Assembly (NCBI GenBank): GCA_963758525.1 | Contig: CAVWVQ010000003.1 | Location: 3,744,001 to 3,808,000 of the forward strand | Origin: an uncultured Phycisphaerales bacterium | Lineage (GTDB): Bacteria > Planctomycetota > Phycisphaerae > Tepidisphaerales > Tepidisphaeraceae | DNA: 64,000 nucleotides | Direction: 5' to 3' | Shown here: piece by piece, positions 59,170 to 64,000 of the stretch | How positions within the stretch are numbered: the first letter of the stretch is position 1 | Layout: every line of letters begins with the position of its first letter | The notes under the pieces: model-generated | Databases searched by the model: none | What the model was told of the DNA's origin: nothing | Seen by the model: only the letters and a program-made list of their open reading frames with translations | Translations under genes and position numbers: made by a program

Positions 59170-62018
59170 TTACGGTTTCCGTCTCGGCTCCTCCTGAACG
59201 GTCACGAGTCCGCCAAAACCGACCGCTTGTCGCCGGACCGGCTTCAAGCACGATGACGATCGTGTGATCGCGTTCACCTGGAGCCACCGGCGCCTCGAAC
59301 GACGCCGGCGCATAGTCGACTTTCCGGGCTGCGGCCTTTCCGTCAATGTAGACCTCCGCCTTGCCGGCAAAACTCTTGAAGACCACGCGTCCGCCGGCGT
59401 GCTTGATGGCGGCGCTGGGCGTGAACGTTGTGCGCAGCAGTGCATATCGGCCGGCGAGCTTTTGTGTGCTGCCAGGCGCGACGGTCGTGTAAGTATTCAT
59501 GTCAGTCTTGCCGATCTGCTGAGCGGGGTCCGGTTGGGTGTTCGATGCTGGCGATTGCTGCCAATGGCGAAGGAGCGTGACCGGCACTTCAACGGCCACT
59601 GATGCGATCGGTGGGACTTGCGTCAATTTGATCGTGACTGTGGCCGGCTTCAACCCGTCGGCGGCTGCAGTGAGCGTGATCGGCTCGCTGCCATCAGGCG
59701 TCGACTGGAGAATCGCCTGCGCCAGACCGTTATACAAACTGCGCCGATCGGCCTGATCCGACTCGTGACAGATCGGGTCGCCGTTGGCGACACCGATGAT
59801 GCTTCCAGAGCCTGCCGTTTTGAAGATAGCCAGCGGATGAGCGGTGGGAACGACCCGTCCCTGCGCATCGACGGCCTGGACCGTCACCGGCATTGCGTCG
59901 CGGCCGTCGTTTGCCAAAGTCTCGCGATCGGGAATGAGTCGGAGGGCTGCAACTTCGCCCGTTGTCTCGACGTGGCACCGCGAAACTTCTTTTCCGCTCT
60001 TGTAGCCGACGGCCTCCAACTTCCCGGGCGTGTACGGCACGTCCCACGTTGCGGTGACATCAATAGGATCGACCGGCTGACGACCGATCACCTTCCCGTT
60101 CAATGTCAGTTCGACCGCGTCGGCGTTGCAGATCGCCATCACCTTCACAGGCTTGCCCTCGCGGCCCGGCCAGTTCCAGTGCGGGATCAGTTGCAGCACC
60201 GGGCGATCCTTCACCCACTGTGCCTGATGAATATAGAACGCCGCCTTCGGGAAGCCGCACTGGTCCATGATGCCAAAAGAAGAACCGGTTGCCGGCCACG
60301 CCAGCGGCTGCGGCTCGCCGCGGTAGTCGAATCCTGTCCAGATGAATGTTCCCGCGACAAACGGCCTGGTGTCGATCGCTCTCCAGGCCGCACGATGACT
60401 GGCGCCCCAGGGCTGATGCTGGTCGTCATACGAATCGACCACGAATCGCGTCTTCTTGTCAGTGATATACTCGCCGCGGGTCATCACCGCGGAGGTATCT
60501 TCCGAGCTGGTCATCGGCTTCTCAGGATGCGCGGCGTGGTAGTGGTCGTAGTCTCCGTGGCCGTAGTTGAACCCGGCAACATCAGCCGCGAGTGACGCGT
60601 TGATCTTGTTCATCATCGCGCCGCTCTGAGCCGCGGTCACCGGACGCGTCACGTCGAGCTGTTTGACCAGCGCCGACATTTGCCGAACCATTTCATACCC
60701 TTGCTCGGTCCCTTGAAACGGCTCCTCGTTGAAGACCGACCAGAGAATCACGCTCGGGTGGTTGCGGTCGCGCCGAACCATCCATTGCAACTGGCGGACG
60801 TATTCGTCGGTGGTGTTGAAGTTGCGGTTCTCATCCATCACCAGCATTCCAACGCGGTCGGCCGCGTCGAGAAACTCCGCCGCCGGCGCGTTATGCGCAC
60901 AGCGATAGGCGTTTGATCCCATTTCCTTGAGTCGGCGCAGGCGATACTCCCAGAGGGAATCTGGCACCGCCACGCCGATGCCGGCATGGTCCTGGTGGTT
61001 GCAGGTTCCCATCAGCTTCACCGGCCGATCGTTGAGGAAAAAGCCCTTGTCTGCGTCAAACCGGATCGTGCGAAAGCCAACGCGCGTCGTCACCGCGTCG
61101 ATCGCAAGGGCATCGAGCCGCACGGTGGTGCGGACGGTGTACAGCGTCGGCGTTTCGCACGACCACAATTGCGGCGACTCCACCGGCAACTTCATTGTCG
61201 CGATGGAAGTCGAAAACGGATCGACCGAAGCGTCGGTCTGCGACGACGCGACACTTTTCCCGCCCGGATCAAAGAGTTCACCGACGACCGAAACCTTTTC
61301 CGGCCCGACCGCCGAGCTTGCGAGCGTCACCTCGACCGGAACCGACCACTTCCCGTCGGTCCCGCGCACCGGATTCGCGAAAACTCCATCGGTGGCAATG
61401 TGGACCGGGCTCCGCTTCGCGAGCCAGACGTGGCGATAGATGCCGGCCCCCTCATACCACCATCCCTCCTGCGCATCGGCGTCAACCCGGACGGCAACCG
61501 TGTTGAGGTCCTCGCCATACCGGGCAAACGAGGTCATGTCGACGTGGAACGATGTGTAGCCGCACCAGTTGCGCGCCGCGATCAGCCCGTTGATCCACAC
61601 GGTGCAATGGGTCGCCACGCCGTCGAACTGCAGTTCGATGTGTCGCCCGCGATCCGCGGTTTCCAGGCGAAACGACCGCCGATACCAGCCGATGCCGCGC
61701 GCGTGGAAGCCTTGTGAGAGGTTGTTGTGCTCGTCGACCGGCGTCCCCAGCGACCAATCGTGCGGCAGATCAACGGGCTTCCAGAGAGAGTCGTCATAGT
61801 CCAGCGCCGCGGCCCCGCGCGCGGTGCCAGCCTTGGCGTTGTTGTAACTTTCGTTGTGCCCGCTGATCACGGGGAACGGAATATCGCGGGGGTTAAACCG
61901 CCAACCGGCATCGAGCGACAGACGCTCTCGCTGCGACGGCGGCGGGGGCACATCACTGCCAACGGCATTCGGCGCGGTCAACAGCATGCCACCAAACAGA
62001 ATAACGCAATCCGTTCAC
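59170..62018 (-). CDS. GH2 beta-galactosidase; probable frameshifts near 62005 and 59232
   Basis: VDLPHDW, WYEGAGIYR, HQDHAG, RNHPSVILWSVFNEE, WTGFDYRGEP. Confidence 0.88.
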
Positions 62019-62584
62019 TTCTCGAAATATTGAACGATTCGCGGATTGGCACGGAGCGTCGCGATCGCGTGATGGAGGCGCGACTTGACCGTGCCGGGTG
62101 GGATGTTCAAAGCGAGTCCGATTTCATCGATCGACATGTCGTCGGCGAATCGCATCAGCATTACCTCGCGCTGAGCGTCCGGGAGCGATGCCATCACCGC
62201 GGCCATCTCAGACCGCTGCGCCTCCGGATCCACCTCGGATGGGGCCGTTACATCGGGCGTATTGCGGGAATCGGCAGTGCGCCGGCGCTCTTGAGCGATG
62301 CGGATCGACAGATTCTTCACGACGGGGTAGAGAAATGTGGTCATCCGGGCGGAGAGGCGCAGGCCGGGGAATTTGCCGAGCAAATATGTAAAAGTCTCCT
62401 GCATGACGTCCAGCGCATCGTCGGCATTGCCCGTGAAACGATGGGCCAGCCGGACGATCCAGTCGCGGTGGCGGTAGTAAAGCGTGTCAAAAGCAGAGGC
62501 GTCGCCGCGGTCGATGGCGGCGATGAGCTGCGTGTCGGAACGCGCGTCCGACGATGGGGGGGTTGTCTGGTTTCGATTCGCCAT
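62015..62584 (-). CDS. ECF-type RNA polymerase sigma factor
   Basis: GDASAFDTLY, DALDVMQETF, EIGLALNIPPGTVKSRLH. Confidence 0.9.
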   Translation of the reverse strand: MANRNQTTPPSSDARSDTQLIAAIDRGDASAFDTLYYRHRDWIVRLAHRFTGNADDALDVMQETFTYLLGKFPGLRLSARMTTFLYPVVKNLSIRIAQERRRTADSRNTPDVTAPSEVDPEAQRSEMAAVMASLPDAQREVMLMRFADDMSIDEIGLALNIPPGTVKSRLHHAIATLRANPRIVQYFEK

Positions 62585-62943
62585 TTGCTCGCTGTGGTGC
62601 AGGCTTTCGGGAAAGCCGCCGGGCGCGAAGTGCATTTGCCCACGACACCGCCCTCACCCCAACCCTCCCCCGGAGTTTTCCAAGAGGGCGCCACGCCCAG
62701 AGAGAGTCAAAAGGGGTTGCGTCCGGCATTGGGTAGCGTCTCTTTTCACAGCAGAAATGTCCAAGGCCCAATGGCCAACAAAGCCCCAAGGTCCAAGTGC
62801 CAGGGGAGGGGGAAAAAACAGCCTCGCGGGACGTGTCACGCACCCCGACGTGCCGTCATGCTTCCTCGCTTGTGCGTCCTCGCTCTTGACTTTCACCGAT
62901 AAAGCGCCAGAATTCCGCTCTTTTCGTCAGCGGAGATTCTTCA

Positions 62944-63255
62944 ATGTACGCGATCATCCAGGAAGGCGGCCGGCAGTTCAAAGTCACCAGCGGGGACACC
63001 ATCCGCATTGACCGTCCGCCGCAGGACGACGTCAAGAACATCACATTCTCGGAAGTTTTGCTGGTTGGCGGCGACGGCGCTGCCAAGATCGGCGCTCCCA
63101 TGGTTGCCGGCGCGACGGTCACGGCCGATGTCATCGGACCGGTCAAAGGCGTGAAAGTCCGTAGCGTAAAGTACCGCCGCCGCAAGGGATATCATAAGAC
63201 GGTGGGGCATCGACAGAAGTACCTTGCCGTTAAGGTGACGGGGATTAACCTGTGA
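62944..63255 (+). CDS. rplU: 50S ribosomal protein L21
   Basis: MYAIIQEGGRQFKV...KYRRRKGYHKTVGHRQ. Confidence 0.95.
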   Translation: MYAIIQEGGRQFKVTSGDTIRIDRPPQDDVKNITFSEVLLVGGDGAAKIGAPMVAGATVTADVIGPVKGVKVRSVKYRRRKGYHKTVGHRQKYLAVKVTGINL

Positions 63256-63291
63256 CGGACGGGTCGCCGATGCGATGCCGTTCATGCGCAA

Positions 63292-63612
63292 ACCCGAATG
63301 ACGAAAACCGAAACCCGAATCAAAGAATCAAATCCGAATGACGAATGTCGAATGACCGAAACGGGAACTCGACCATCTCGTGCCTGAAACAGCGGCGCAT
63401 CTGGCCGTGCTTTTAGGCGCTCAACACCAGCCTGAATCACTGAACCTTCGGGCGAATCGCCGCATCGACTGACGTGTGCGTACGGTGTGCGTTCGAACGG
63501 GCATGACTATTGGGGGAAATTTGGAATACCAACTCAGTTTCGACCATTCGTCATTCGGGTTTCGGATTTGATTCATTTGATTCGGGGATTCGGGTTTCGT
63601 CATTCGGATTTC
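63292..63612. repeat. Inverted pair of CGAATGA-type heptamer tracts
   Basis: ccgaatgacgaaaaccgaaacccgaatc ... gattcgggtttcgtcattcgg. Confidence 0.75.
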
Positions 63613-63776
63613 GTGAAAGCCCGCCCTCTTCCCAGCACCTGTAAAGACCAAGAAACGCCCCAGCACCTCCGCCCGCGCAATAAAAAACGGCCGACACACA
63701 TCGTGCGTGCCGGCCGTTCGAGCCTGCGAATCCTTTCGCTACATCCGTGAGACGATCGAAGAGTCTGGCGATTTCC

Positions 63777-64000
63777 TTATAGCCGCGGTTCCTCCCGCAA
63801 TGGCTCGACTTTTTGTTCTGCGATCAGCTCCTCTAAAAACGCTGCAAGTCCGTCCTCCCGATTGCTTCCGATGATGCGCTTCGCGACCGCCTTCACTTCC
63901 GGTCTGGCGTTGCCCATGGCTACTCCCAGTCCGGCGTTGCGGATCATCGGGATGTCGTTCACATCATCGCCGATCGCGATGATCTGCTCCGCGTCGATCT
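63777..64000 (-). CDS. Cof-like HAD hydrolase, 3' part
   Basis: IIAIGDDVNDIPMIRNAGLGVAMGNA...NREDGLA. Confidence 0.85.
   Translation of the reverse strand, partial: IDAEQIIAIGDDVNDIPMIRNAGLGVAMGNARPEVKAVAKRIIGSNREDGLAAFLEELIAEQKVEPLREEPRL

Overview
High-GC chromosomal window, very probably from a planctomycete (Phycisphaerae-like). The inference rests on the DUF1501 plus PSD1/cytochrome-c pair, a PEP-CTERM protein, a C30-carotenoid cluster and dense REP-like and heptamer repeats. In order: fumC 3' end; flagellin with a leader full of GGA-loop hairpins; a CapD/PglF-like dehydratase; trpS; YihY; a C30 carotenoid operon; the four-gene ligase-associated DNA-damage cluster (exonuclease, ATP ligase, Lhr-core helicase, PdeM). 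Next is a 2.6-kb array of 15 intact-looking and 2 degenerate CCA-less tRNAs, preceded by an ECF-like promoter, a 27-codon leader ORF and alternative hairpins. Then come metabolic and redox genes and PPi-PEPCK. The most interesting element is a 10-gene minus-strand operon (33282-45718): two tandem divergent Ku-like proteins, an ATP-dependent ligase with a WGR-like tail, a BRCT/pentapeptide/SWIM protein, three uncharacterised proteins and a YehL/M/P-type MoxR-VWA module. It is a candidate undescribed DNA end-joining or defence system. The rest holds DUF1501/PSD1, GH29, a SWIM-ligase, a six-repeat putative nucleic-acid-binding protein, a PEP-CTERM metalloprotease, an esterase, DsbA/peroxiredoxin, GH2, an ECF sigma, rplU and a partial HAD hydrolase. 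At least 7 genes carry 1-2 nt frameshifts at CG-dinucleotide tracts, probably systematic sequencing errors. All family assignments are by eye from motifs; no searches were run.
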